This document shows, one piece after another, positions 1 to 8,315 of a stretch of DNA of 57,194 nucleotides (its first letter is position 1; each line of letters begins with the position of its first letter). The notes under the pieces are model-generated. The model searched no databases and was not told the DNA's origin. It was given only the letters and a program-made list of their open reading frames with translations. Source of the DNA: an uncultured Clostridia bacterium. GTDB taxonomy: Bacteria > Bacillota > Clostridia > Christensenellales > CAG-138. The stretch lies in contig CAMZFO010000003.1 of the NCBI GenBank assembly GCA_947306125.1, positions 1 to 57,194 of the forward strand, in the 5' to 3' direction. Both the position numbers and the translations under genes were made by a program.

Positions 1-2
1 CG

Positions 3-170
3 AACGTGCTCTATGAGCCGGGTGAGTATCAGGCGGGCACGCTCGAATATGACGATTCCGAGGTGGATTATTCGACCCCGGGCATATACCGCATCTACTA
101 TACCTGCGACAACAGGGAGTATGACGGCACCGCCGCGCTCATAGTTGTCGTAACGGAGGTCCAGCGCTGA
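3..170 (+). CDS. 3' end of a CDS truncated by the window edge; tail resembles a bacterial Ig-like domain
   Basis: Open frame runs from the window edge to TGA at 168-170. The tail ...VDYSTPGIYRIYYTCDNREYDGTAALIVVV has an Ig-like strand pattern. The stop overlaps the next ATG (TGATG). Confidence 0.4.
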   Translation, partial: NVLYEPGEYQAGTLEYDDSEVDYSTPGIYRIYYTCDNREYDGTAALIVVVTEVQR

Positions 171-1735
171 TGGCAGCACAGAATTTGAACAATAACACAG
201 ACGCCGAGCTCAATGATTCCGGTTCCGGTGTGGATCTTGAGGTCATAGTCTTCAATATCGCCCGAAATTGGTGGATGATACTCATCGCGTTCATTATCGC
301 CGCGATGGCTTCCTATATCGTCGTCTCGGAGCGGTACAGGCCCTCCTATTACGCAGAGGCGACCCTCGTCGTTTCCAGCAAGGACGGCAGCGCGGACGTC
401 GTTTATTCGAACCTCGTCGTCGCGGAAAAGCTCGCGCAGTCGCTGTCGTACGTTCTGGAAAGCCCGGTGCTCCTGCAGAAGGTCGGCGAGACGCTCGGCA
501 TGCCCACCTTCTACGGCAAGGTGTCCGCCAAGAGCATCGAGAATACCAATCTGATACAGATAGGCGTGGAGACGACCTCGCCGCAGCTCGCTTTTGACGA
601 GATATCGGGACTTATCAAGTACCACCATATCGTTTCGGACAACGTGCTGGGCAACGCCGTCATAGACCTTCTGAAGGCTCCCACCGTTCCCACCGCTCCC
701 GTCAGGAGCATGAACAGGACCTCCAAGGTATTGATGTATGCCGGCCTTGCCGCCGCCGCGGTAATAGCGCTCATCGTCATCGCTTCCGTCACGAGCGACG
801 AGATCATGACCGAGAACGATCTTGTCACCAGGGTCGACTGTCCGCCCCTTGCGACTATCTACCATGAGAGGAAGAATCTGCCCCTCCGCGCGAGGATACA
901 GGGCGTGAAGACGAGCATGCTCATCACGAACCCGACGACGAGCTTCCGATTCGCCGAGACCTACAGGCTGTTCAGGACCCGTCTCGAGTATCTGATGAGG
1001 CAGAAGAATTATAAGGTGCTGATGGTGTCCTCCGCGGTTGAGAACGAGGGCAAGACCACCTCCGCCGCCAATACCGCCATAATACTTGCGCTGAACAATA
1101 AGAAGGTGCTCCTGATGGACGGCGATATGCTGCGCCCCGCGCTTTATAAGGCCATGACCATGAGGATCACCCGCGGCAAGTCGATCGACGAGCTCATCAA
1201 GGGCAGCGTCGATATGAGCGAGATACCGACCCTTGAGGGCCTGCCCACGCTGAGCCTGCTTTTAGGCAAGACCGCTCTTCCCAATTCGACCGAGATAATC
1301 GGCTCCAAGGAGATGAAGAGCTTCCTTGACAGGGCGAGGGCTTACTTCGACTATATCGTTATTGACACGCCGCCCATCGCGGTCGCCACGGACGCGGAGT
1401 GCTTTGCGGAGGTCGCGGACTGCATGATACTCGTTATCAAGCAGGGCGGCACGAGGGCGAAGCGCATCAACGAGTGCATAGATTCCATGAGCCAGAGCGG
1501 TATAGATATACTCGGCTGCATATTCAATAACGTGTATCCCCTCGAGTTCCTCAGCACAGCTTCCCGGAATATCGACAATTACCGTCCCATACACGGTGAA
1601 AGCTCGAGGAATGGCTACGGCGGCTACGGCGCTTACGGCAGCTATGGCGCATACGGCGCCTATGGCGGAGGCTACGGCTATTCCGCCGGCTCCGGGAATA
1701 CCTCCGGCGCGGAGAAGGGAGGCGACAGAGCATGA
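170..1735 (+). CDS. Fused Wzz/CpsC-like chain-length modulator plus BY-kinase (polysaccharide tyrosine autokinase)
   Basis: N-terminal TM, Wzz-like loop, second TM, then Walker A VENEGKTT, Walker A' LLMDGDMLRP and Walker B YIVIDTPP. C-terminal Tyr cluster GYGGYGAYGSYGAYGAYGGGYGYS. Confidence 0.85.
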   Translation: MAAQNLNNNTDAELNDSGSGVDLEVIVFNIARNWWMILIAFIIAAMASYIVVSERYRPSYYAEATLVVSSKDGSADVVYSNLVVAEKLAQSLSYVLESPVLLQKVGETLGMPTFYGKVSAKSIENTNLIQIGVETTSPQLAFDEISGLIKYHHIVSDNVLGNAVIDLLKAPTVPTAPVRSMNRTSKVLMYAGLAAAAVIALIVIASVTSDEIMTENDLVTRVDCPPLATIYHERKNLPLRARIQGVKTSMLITNPTTSFRFAETYRLFRTRLEYLMRQKNYKVLMVSSAVENEGKTTSAANTAIILALNNKKVLLMDGDMLRPALYKAMTMRITRGKSIDELIKGSVDMSEIPTLEGLPTLSLLLGKTALPNSTEIIGSKEMKSFLDRARAYFDYIVIDTPPIAVATDAECFAEVADCMILVIKQGGTRAKRINECIDSMSQSGIDILGCIFNNVYPLEFLSTASRNIDNYRPIHGESSRNGYGGYGAYGSYGAYGAYGGGYGYSAGSGNTSGAEKGGDRA

Positions 1736-3474
1736 GCGAAGAAAGGCATGAGCACGAAGCCGAGCTGAGGCATTCCGGCGAAAACGGCAGGCTGGAGCAG
1801 TCCCCGCACGAGACCGAGATGGCGGAGATCTACGAGAGAGCGTGGAATTCCACCGGCATGAATGAAAAGGTGTTCAGCTTCACCGATTTCATGGAGGCTC
1901 TCGGCGACGCTTTCAGGAGGCTTTACATTCTCCCGATCATATTCTCGGTCGTCGTCTGCGTGATACTCTGCATCAGGGAAAGGGTCAGGTTCAATCCCGT
2001 CTACCGCGCATCCGCGACCTTCACCGTCAATATCGCGAACGTCAGCGCCCAGGCCAACTCCAGCTATTCGGTCGGCCTTGCGGGGCAGCTTTCGCAGACC
2101 TTCCCCTATATTTTCAACAGCGACGTTCTGAATAACCTTATCCAGCAGGATCTGGGTCTCAACAAGATCCCCGCGACCATCACGGCCGAGGCGGTAGGCG
2201 AGACCAACCTTTTCATAATCAACGTCTATTCAAGGACGCCTCAGATGTCCTATAACGTGCTGCAGTCGGCCATCAACAACTACCCGAGGGTGGCGGATTT
2301 CGTTATCGGCAACACCTCGCTCTCGCTCATATCGGAGTCGGGCATACCCAAGAAGCCGATCAACAGCATATCGTATAAGACTCAGATATTGAAGGGCGTG
2401 CTCATAGGCTGCGTAGCCGCGCTCGTCGTGGTCGTGATAGCCTCGCTCACCAAATCCACCGTCCGCAATACAGAGGACCTTAAATCCATGCTCAATCTCC
2501 GCTGTATAGGCACAGTGCCCTACATCAGCCGCAGGCGGCGCGGGGAGGGCGGCATGATAGAGATACTGAACGAGGATACCTCCAAGAGCTTTTCGGATTC
2601 TATAAGGCTTATCCGCTCCCGCGCGGCGAAGATGTGCGAGGACAGGAATTACCGGGTGATCCTTATCGCCAGCTCAATGCCCGGCGAGGGCAAGACCACC
2701 GTCGCCGCCAATTTCGCGACTTCGCTGGCGCTTGCCGGCAAGCGCACGGTGCTCATCGACTGCGACCTGAGGAAGCCCTCCGATATCGGCGACCTCACCA
2801 AGCAGAAGGAGCACGGCCTTGCGGAATACCTGAACGGCATGGTCGGCGTGGACGACATAATCAACGTCCCGACAGAGGACCTTATGGTCATAAACGGCAA
2901 GACCCCCTCGGACGAGGCCGCGGAGCTTTTGGGCACAGAGCGCATGAAGGAGCTCATTGACGAGCTGCTTGAGAGAGCGGATTACGTAGTGCTCGATTCC
3001 CCGCCCGCTTCGGTCATAGCGGACGCCGTCGTGCTTGCGGATATCGCGGACTGCGTTATTTACGTCATCCGTCAGGAGTACACCAGGAAGAGCCGCATAT
3101 TGGACGGCCTCAACCACCTCTCGAACGGCAGGGCGGCGTTCCTGGGCTACGTGCTGAACAGCGCGGACGCTCCCGGCAGCTACGGTTACAGCTACGGCGG
3201 CTACGGCTCGTACAGCAGGTATTCCCGCTACGGCAAGTATTCGAGGTACGGCAAGTATTCCCGCTACGGCAAATACTCCCGCTACGGCAAGTATTCGAGG
3301 TACGGCAAATACTCCCGCTACGGCAAGTATTCCCGCTACGGCAAATATTCGAGGTACGGCAATTATTCGAGGTACGGCAGCTACTCAAGGTACGGGAGCT
3401 ATTCAAGATACGGCTCATACTCAAGGTACGGCTCCTACTCGAAGAACTCCGGACGCGGCAAAAAGAAGAGTTGA
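1732..3474 (+). CDS. Second fused Wzz-like modulator plus BY-kinase with a greatly expanded C-terminal tyrosine repeat
   Basis: ATGA start/stop overlap with the upstream kinase. Walker A SMPGEGKTT, A' VLIDCDLRKP, B YVVLDSPP. The tail has about 100 residues of YSRYG[KNS] repeats. Confidence 0.85.
   Translation: MSEERHEHEAELRHSGENGRLEQSPHETEMAEIYERAWNSTGMNEKVFSFTDFMEALGDAFRRLYILPIIFSVVVCVILCIRERVRFNPVYRASATFTVNIANVSAQANSSYSVGLAGQLSQTFPYIFNSDVLNNLIQQDLGLNKIPATITAEAVGETNLFIINVYSRTPQMSYNVLQSAINNYPRVADFVIGNTSLSLISESGIPKKPINSISYKTQILKGVLIGCVAALVVVVIASLTKSTVRNTEDLKSMLNLRCIGTVPYISRRRRGEGGMIEILNEDTSKSFSDSIRLIRSRAAKMCEDRNYRVILIASSMPGEGKTTVAANFATSLALAGKRTVLIDCDLRKPSDIGDLTKQKEHGLAEYLNGMVGVDDIINVPTEDLMVINGKTPSDEAAELLGTERMKELIDELLERADYVVLDSPPASVIADAVVLADIADCVIYVIRQEYTRKSRILDGLNHLSNGRAAFLGYVLNSADAPGSYGYSYGGYGSYSRYSRYGKYSRYGKYSRYGKYSRYGKYSRYGKYSRYGKYSRYGKYSRYGNYSRYGSYSRYGSYSRYGSYSRYGSYSKNSGRGKKKS
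3220..3435 (+). repeat. 12 tandem 18-nt units encoding (YSRYG[K/N/S])12 within the second BY-kinase
   Basis: Direct reading shows tattcccgctacggcaag / tattcgaggtacggcaag variants. The units differ mostly at synonymous positions (tcc cgc versus tcg agg). Confidence 0.9.
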
Positions 3475-3514
3475 AGATGCGGACTGCCTTGAAAGAGGCA
3501 GTCCATATTATTAT

Positions 3515-4555
3515 ATGCGTATCAGCGGTTTCAAAAAAATCATATCGCTCGTTACTGCGGCGCTCATGCTGGCGGCGCTTGTTCCCGGCTGCGCAAAAGC
3601 GGCGAAGCGGACGGTCTCGTGGTTCGAGTATTTCGATACCGTGATCACCCTGACGGCATACACTGAGGACGCCGTGAGCTTCAAAGAGGCAGCCGAGGAG
3701 ACGGAGGAGGTGTTCCGCCGGTATCACCGCCTGTTCGATATCTATAATGAATATGAAGACATAGTCTCGCTTGCCGCCGTGAACAGGCTCGCCGGCGAAA
3801 GCGTGCAGGTCGATCCTGAGCTGATAGAGCTTATCGAGCTCGGCAGGCGCTTTGAGGAGCTGACTGGGGGCGCCGTCAATATCGCCATGGGAGCGGTGCT
3901 GAGCCTCTGGCATGACGCAAGGACGGCGGCGGAGGCGGGAGGCCCCGCCGGGACGCCCGATCCGGCGCTTCTTCAGGAGGCGGCGAAGCACTGCGGCATA
4001 TCGGACGTGCAGACGGACAGGGCCGCCTCGCGCGTGAGGCTCGCGGATGAGGGTATGAGCCTTGACGTCGGAGCGATCGCAAAGGGCTTCGCGGCGGACA
4101 GAGCGGCCGAAAAGCTCAAAGCCCGCGGCTTCCCATTTCTGCTCAACTGCGGCGGAGCGGTGCTGGCTTACGGCGAAAAGCCCGGCGGCGTGAGCTGGAC
4201 GGCGGGAATAGCCGACCCGAAGGGCTCAGGCGGCTTTGCCGCGACGGTGGAGCTGAACGGCGAAGCGCTGTCCACGAGCGGCTCGTATCTGAGGAGCTTC
4301 ACGGTGGACGGCGTGGAATACGGCCATATTATAGACCCCGAAACGCTCTTTCCCGCAGAGCTTGACGGCGCGGAGGGGGAGAGGCTTGCTTCCGTCTCCG
4401 TAAAATGCGGGGGAGAAGGCTGCGCATGCCTTGCCGACGCGCTTTCCACGGCTTGCTGGATAATGGGCGCAGAGCGCGGGGCGGAGCTTGTAAAGCGCGT
4501 CGGAGCCTCCGCCGTGTTCATACTCGCCGACGGCGAAACGATAAGCGTACCGTAA
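3515..4555 (+). CDS. apbE: FAD:protein FMN transferase (ApbE family) lipoprotein
   Basis: Lipobox LVPGC. ApbE-like motifs AIAKGFAADRAAEKL, SGSYLRSF and GHIIDPETL. Confidence 0.85.
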   Translation: MRISGFKKIISLVTAALMLAALVPGCAKAAKRTVSWFEYFDTVITLTAYTEDAVSFKEAAEETEEVFRRYHRLFDIYNEYEDIVSLAAVNRLAGESVQVDPELIELIELGRRFEELTGGAVNIAMGAVLSLWHDARTAAEAGGPAGTPDPALLQEAAKHCGISDVQTDRAASRVRLADEGMSLDVGAIAKGFAADRAAEKLKARGFPFLLNCGGAVLAYGEKPGGVSWTAGIADPKGSGGFAATVELNGEALSTSGSYLRSFTVDGVEYGHIIDPETLFPAELDGAEGERLASVSVKCGGEGCACLADALSTACWIMGAERGAELVKRVGASAVFILADGETISVP

Positions 4556-4837
4556 TAATCGACGGCGGCGCTGATCGCCCGCGCGGGCGCAGGGCCGCCG
4601 TACGGCCGTACGACAGGCCCGCGGAAGAGGTTTTGGCAATATATCTTCAAATATAATATCGGGCCCCGAAGGTTAGCATTTCCGTTTTTTGCGGTTTGCG
4701 CAGGCGCAGGCCGACATAAAAAATCAAGCGTACTATTGAAAAAATTCAAGGTTTCAAAAACTCTCGTACGCTCGTCCGAAGCGGTTAAAACCGCTCACTT
4801 TTCCAAAATTTTTTTATGCATATTTCAGGATTCCCTA

Positions 4838-4866
4838 TTGCAAGTTAAATGAATCTGTGGTATATT
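4838..4866 (+). promoter_or_regulatory. Sigma-A-type promoter for the cohesin gene
   Basis: TTGCAA, 17 nt spacer, TGg-TATATT (extended -10), about 100 nt upstream of the ATG. Confidence 0.45.
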
Positions 4867-4975
4867 GTAACCGTAATTGTGTACCCTTGTTGAATTGGGC
4901 GAAAAGCGTTTCGCGCCGATTCGCACAATTCGGCACTCGGTTACAAATATTTTTCAGGAAGGAGTATATTCCAAC

Positions 4976-6604
4976 ATGAAGAAATTCCTCGCTCTCCTCA
5001 TATCGGTAGCTATGGTGATCGGTTTTGCCGCCGTTCCCGTTGCTGCTGAGGGTGAGGTCACATTCACAGTGGCCACTGTGAATGATGTCAATCCCGGCGA
5101 TACCGTTGCGATCCCCGTAACGATCGGCGGAGCGGATTTCGAGGCTCACAGCATCGTAACTCATCTGTATTTCGATACCGCCAACCTCGAGCTCGTATCC
5201 ATCACCAATGGTGAGGTCATCGCGAATCGTCCCGATGACGCTATGCTCATCAAGGATTATCAGACCAATCCCGGCGACATAGCCATCGGCTTCATTTGCC
5301 CGACCGAGCCCGCGACCACCCACGGCGTGTTCTACACCGCCAATTTCCGCGTTAAGGAAAGCTGCACCACCGACCAGATCCTTGACTTCAACGTTGACGA
5401 GTTCTATAACATGCCCGTCGGCCAGACCACTCCGAATCCCTATCCCGTGATAGTGACGGACGGCGCGATCAATCTGGTGCATCAGGAGGTAACTCCCGCT
5501 CCCACCGCGGCTCCCACCGCTGCTCCCACTGCGGCTCCCACCGCCGCTCCCACCGCTGCTCCCACTGCTGCTCCTCAGCCCGACAAGGCTTACTTCGAGA
5601 TGGAGAGCATGGACAACGTTGTTCCCGGCAGCACCATCACCCTTGACTTCACGGTATCCGGCAATTACGCCGCTCATATCCTGAATGCCAGGATCCTGTA
5701 TGTCGATGACGATCTCGAGGTCGTCAACGTGCAGGCCGGTCCTGTCCTCAACTCCGTTGAAGACGCTATGGTCGTTCTCGACTATGCGACTCCCGGCGTC
5801 ATCAGCATCGGCGCTATCATGCCCACCGAGCCCATGACTGCGGAAGGCGCTGTCGTATCCATAACCTTCAAGGTATCCGCGGGCTTCAAGGTTCCCACCA
5901 TGCTCCCCGTTGAGATCGTTGAGTTCGGTTATCTGCCTGTTGGCGAGTCCTTCGCCGAGCCCGTTGATTACGAGGTAGAGGATGGTCTCCTCACCCCCGC
6001 TGAGGGCGTCACTCCCGAAGCTCATATCGTAATGGGCAGCCAGTATGAGGTACCCGGCGGCACCAGGATCACCCTGCCGCTCACCATCGACGGTAATTAC
6101 GAGATCCACACTATGAACCTCTTCCTCAACTATGACGCTGACGTGCTCACCGTTGTAGGCGTTGAGAAGGGCGAAGTTCTCAATTCCGTTGAGGATGCTG
6201 CTGTTATCATCGATTACACCACCGTTCCCGGTTCCATCCGTATCGGCGCTGTCATGCCCACCGACGGCATCACCGCTGAGGGTGTTATCGCTTACGTCAC
6301 CTTCGACGTAGCCGAAGATTTCGCTGAGCCCACCGTCATCGAGGTTCAGGTCAACGAGCTCGGCTATATGCCCGTTGGTCAGGCCAATGCCGAGGATATC
6401 AATTACACTGCCGATAACGGCATCGTAACTCCCGTAGGCATTCCCGGTCCGTCCGATGAACCCGGCCCCGGCCCGTCCGATGAACCCGGCCCCGGCCCCG
6501 GACCTAATCCGCCTATCACCGGTGCTGCCAGCCTCGTTGGTCTTGGTATCGCCGCTATCGTAGCCGGTGCGGGCATCGTCATCTTCCGCAAGAAAGAGGA
6601 CTGA
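4976..6604 (+). CDS. Cell-surface scaffoldin-like protein with three cohesin-like modules and a C-terminal sorting signal
   Basis: RBS aggaaggag precedes ATG 4976 and a signal peptide MKKFLALLISVAMVIGFAAVPVAAEG follows. Three modules of about 140 aa have a cohesin pattern (G.T..IPV...., LEL/LEVV, G.I.IG, AEGV...TF.V). PT and GPSDEP linkers separate them. The tail is PPITG, a hydrophobic stretch, then RKKED. Confidence 0.8.
   Translation: MKKFLALLISVAMVIGFAAVPVAAEGEVTFTVATVNDVNPGDTVAIPVTIGGADFEAHSIVTHLYFDTANLELVSITNGEVIANRPDDAMLIKDYQTNPGDIAIGFICPTEPATTHGVFYTANFRVKESCTTDQILDFNVDEFYNMPVGQTTPNPYPVIVTDGAINLVHQEVTPAPTAAPTAAPTAAPTAAPTAAPTAAPQPDKAYFEMESMDNVVPGSTITLDFTVSGNYAAHILNARILYVDDDLEVVNVQAGPVLNSVEDAMVVLDYATPGVISIGAIMPTEPMTAEGAVVSITFKVSAGFKVPTMLPVEIVEFGYLPVGESFAEPVDYEVEDGLLTPAEGVTPEAHIVMGSQYEVPGGTRITLPLTIDGNYEIHTMNLFLNYDADVLTVVGVEKGEVLNSVEDAAVIIDYTTVPGSIRIGAVMPTDGITAEGVIAYVTFDVAEDFAEPTVIEVQVNELGYMPVGQANAEDINYTADNGIVTPVGIPGPSDEPGPGPSDEPGPGPGPNPPITGAASLVGLGIAAIVAGAGIVIFRKKED
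5492..5578 (+). repeat. 12-nt tandem repeat encoding a (APTA)n Pro/Thr linker between cohesin modules 1 and 2
   Basis: gctcccaccgcg-type units occur six times, translating to TPAPTAAPTAAPTAAPTAAPTAAPTAAPQ. Confidence 0.85.
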
Positions 6605-6633
6605 TGATCTGACAGCTTAATGCTGAAAACAAA

Positions 6634-6654
6634 GGGGCTATATAGCCCCTTTTT
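6634..6654 (+). terminator. Rho-independent terminator after the cohesin gene
   Basis: GGGGCTAT/ATAGCCCC palindrome followed by TTTTT. Confidence 0.7.
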
Positions 6655-6658
6655 CCAT

Positions 6659-6694
6659 GCAAAAAAAGAGCGCGGCGTACGATCGCCTGCGCTC
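6659..6694 (-). terminator. Rho-independent terminator after aroQ (minus strand)
   Basis: AGAGCGC...GCGCTCT stem, with the A-run on the plus strand giving a U-tract on the minus strand. Confidence 0.6.
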
Positions 6695-6710
6695 TTATCT
6701 TATCTCCAGA

Positions 6711-7145
6711 TCATTCTTCGAGCCTGTCCTTCATCATCCGCAGACCCGTTTCATAGCTTGCTTCGCCCAGGCCCATAACCCGGAAGGCGCAGACGTCCTC
6801 AATAACGTCCACGGCGCGGAAGGGCTCGCGGCTCAAGATATCGCTCATATGCACCTCGCCCACGGGTATCGGGCAGCACGCAATGGCGTCCCGCAGGGCG
6901 TAGGAGTAGTGCGTCAGCGCGCCGGCGTTGAGCATGACGCCGTCAAAGCTCAGCGGCGCCGCCTGCAATTCGTCGATAAGCACGCCCTCGTGATTAGTCT
7001 GCAGATGCGTGATGCTCACACCGAGCCCCTCCGCGACCTCGGAAAGCCGCGCTATGATCTCGTCGAGGCTCCGCGTGCCGTATATCTCGGGCTCCCGCCT
7101 GCCGGTCATGTTGAGATTCGGGCCGTTCAAAACAAGCAGTTTCAT
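6711..7145 (-). CDS. aroQ: Type II 3-dehydroquinate dehydratase
   Basis: MKLLVLNGPNLNMTGRREPEIYG...HLQTNHEG. The start is moved to the second ATG because GAAGGAG lies 7 nt upstream of it. Confidence 0.9.
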   Translation of the reverse strand: MKLLVLNGPNLNMTGRREPEIYGTRSLDEIIARLSEVAEGLGVSITHLQTNHEGVLIDELQAAPLSFDGVMLNAGALTHYSYALRDAIACCPIPVGEVHMSDILSREPFRAVDVIEDVCAFRVMGLGEASYETGLRMMKDRLEE

Positions 7146-7233
7146 GCTCATGCTCCTTCGCCTTTGCTGTATTCCATAAAATTATACCACAGCGGAACGA
7201 TATGTGGTATAATTATTTTTGGAGGTGAGATAA

Positions 7234-8001
7234 ATGCTGCATTACGGCGTCATAGGCTGCCCCATAGCGCACAGCCTTTCTCCCGAGATCTACGGGCAGC
7301 TTTTCGAAAAATACGGCGTCAGCGCGGATTTTTCCCGCATTCTGATAGAGCCGGGGGATATTGGTATGCTGCGTGAGATCACGGGCGGGCTATCGGGCTT
7401 TGCGGTGACTATGCCGTATAAGCGGGCCGTCATGCAGTATCTCGACGGCATAACGGATACCGCCGCGGAATGCGGCGCGGTGAATATAGTCGAGCGGAGG
7501 GACGGCTTGCTCATAGGCCACAATACGGACGGCATGGGGCTCGTCGACGCGCTCGATGAAGCCGGAGCCATGCCCGAGCCCTGCCGCGTATTCATACTGG
7601 GCAGGGGAGGAGCGGCGGTCTCGGCGGCCTGCGCAATAAGGCGCAGGGGAGGGGAGCCCGTGCTCCTCGTCAGGACCCCGGGAGCTCCCGCGGACTTTGA
7701 CCGGCTGCTTTTCGATAAGGAAGACCTCGCGGGCAAAAGCTGCGGAGTGTTCATCAACGCCACGCCGCTCGGCATGGGAGGCGCGGAAGGGTTCGCCTCG
7801 TTCGATTTTCTTGATGAGCTCTCGCCTCGCGCCGTACTCGACATGGTCTATCTTCGCGGCGGGGAAACGCCCCTTATCAGCGAGGCGAGATCGCGCGGTA
7901 TGATCGCCGTGGACGGCAGCCGCATGCTGTTGATGCAGGCGCTCCGCGCGTTCCGGATCTGGACCGGGATCGAGGCGCATCCGGAGGATGTGACGATATA
8001 A
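7234..8001 (+). CDS. aroE: Shikimate dehydrogenase
   Basis: YGVIGCPIAHSLSPEIY N-terminus, MPYK motif, a Rossmann-like stretch ILGRGGAA, and RBS GGAGG. Confidence 0.85.
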   Translation: MLHYGVIGCPIAHSLSPEIYGQLFEKYGVSADFSRILIEPGDIGMLREITGGLSGFAVTMPYKRAVMQYLDGITDTAAECGAVNIVERRDGLLIGHNTDGMGLVDALDEAGAMPEPCRVFILGRGGAAVSAACAIRRRGGEPVLLVRTPGAPADFDRLLFDKEDLAGKSCGVFINATPLGMGGAEGFASFDFLDELSPRAVLDMVYLRGGETPLISEARSRGMIAVDGSRMLLMQALRAFRIWTGIEAHPEDVTI

Positions 8002-8002
8002 A

Positions 8003-8305
8003 AAAACGGCTTTTAGGCGCATTCACTTAAGGATACACCGCCTCAAAAGGTATCTTTTTGCGCCGGGCTTCGTCAAAAATGCTCGAAAGACTTTCCAAGT
8101 CTTCCGAAAAACTCTTTGAGTGTTTCTCGCTTTTTTCCTTGCCTGGCACAAAAATCTCCTCTTTTGAGACGCTTCGCGGTTTTCAGCCGTCAAAATGAAA
8201 ACAGATCCGAGGATCGTTCCGTCCCCGGATCTGTTGTTTTTCTGTTGGTCCTATCGGCCGAAAACCTGCATCTCCTTAAGTGAATGCACCCAATAGAGCC
8301 GTTTT
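8003..8305. repeat. About 300-bp intergenic element bounded by about 31-nt imperfect terminal inverted repeats
   Basis: aaaacggcttttaggcgcattcacttaagga (8003-8033) versus the reverse complement of tccttaagtgaatgcacccaatagagccgtttt (8273-8305). A second internal inverted repeat pairs 8041-8066 with 8143-8170. Confidence 0.6.
8192..8241. terminator. Bidirectional rho-independent terminator inside the IR-bounded element
   Basis: ACAGATCCG ... CGGATCTGT stem flanked by aaaatgaaa upstream and ttgttttt downstream. Confidence 0.6.
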
Positions 8306-8315
8306 CAGATCGTTA

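Noticed and set aside
3220-3435. A regular 18-nt tandem repeat that could be mistaken for a CRISPR-like or satellite array.
   Set aside because: There are no spacers. The units are contiguous, in frame, and encode the YSRYGK tail of the BY-kinase. I report it as a coding repeat instead.
6657-7376. A 239-aa plus-strand ORF spanning the aroQ/aroE intergenic region.
   Set aside because: It runs antisense to aroQ and out of frame with aroE. It has no RBS and a low-complexity Arg/Ala/His-rich translation.
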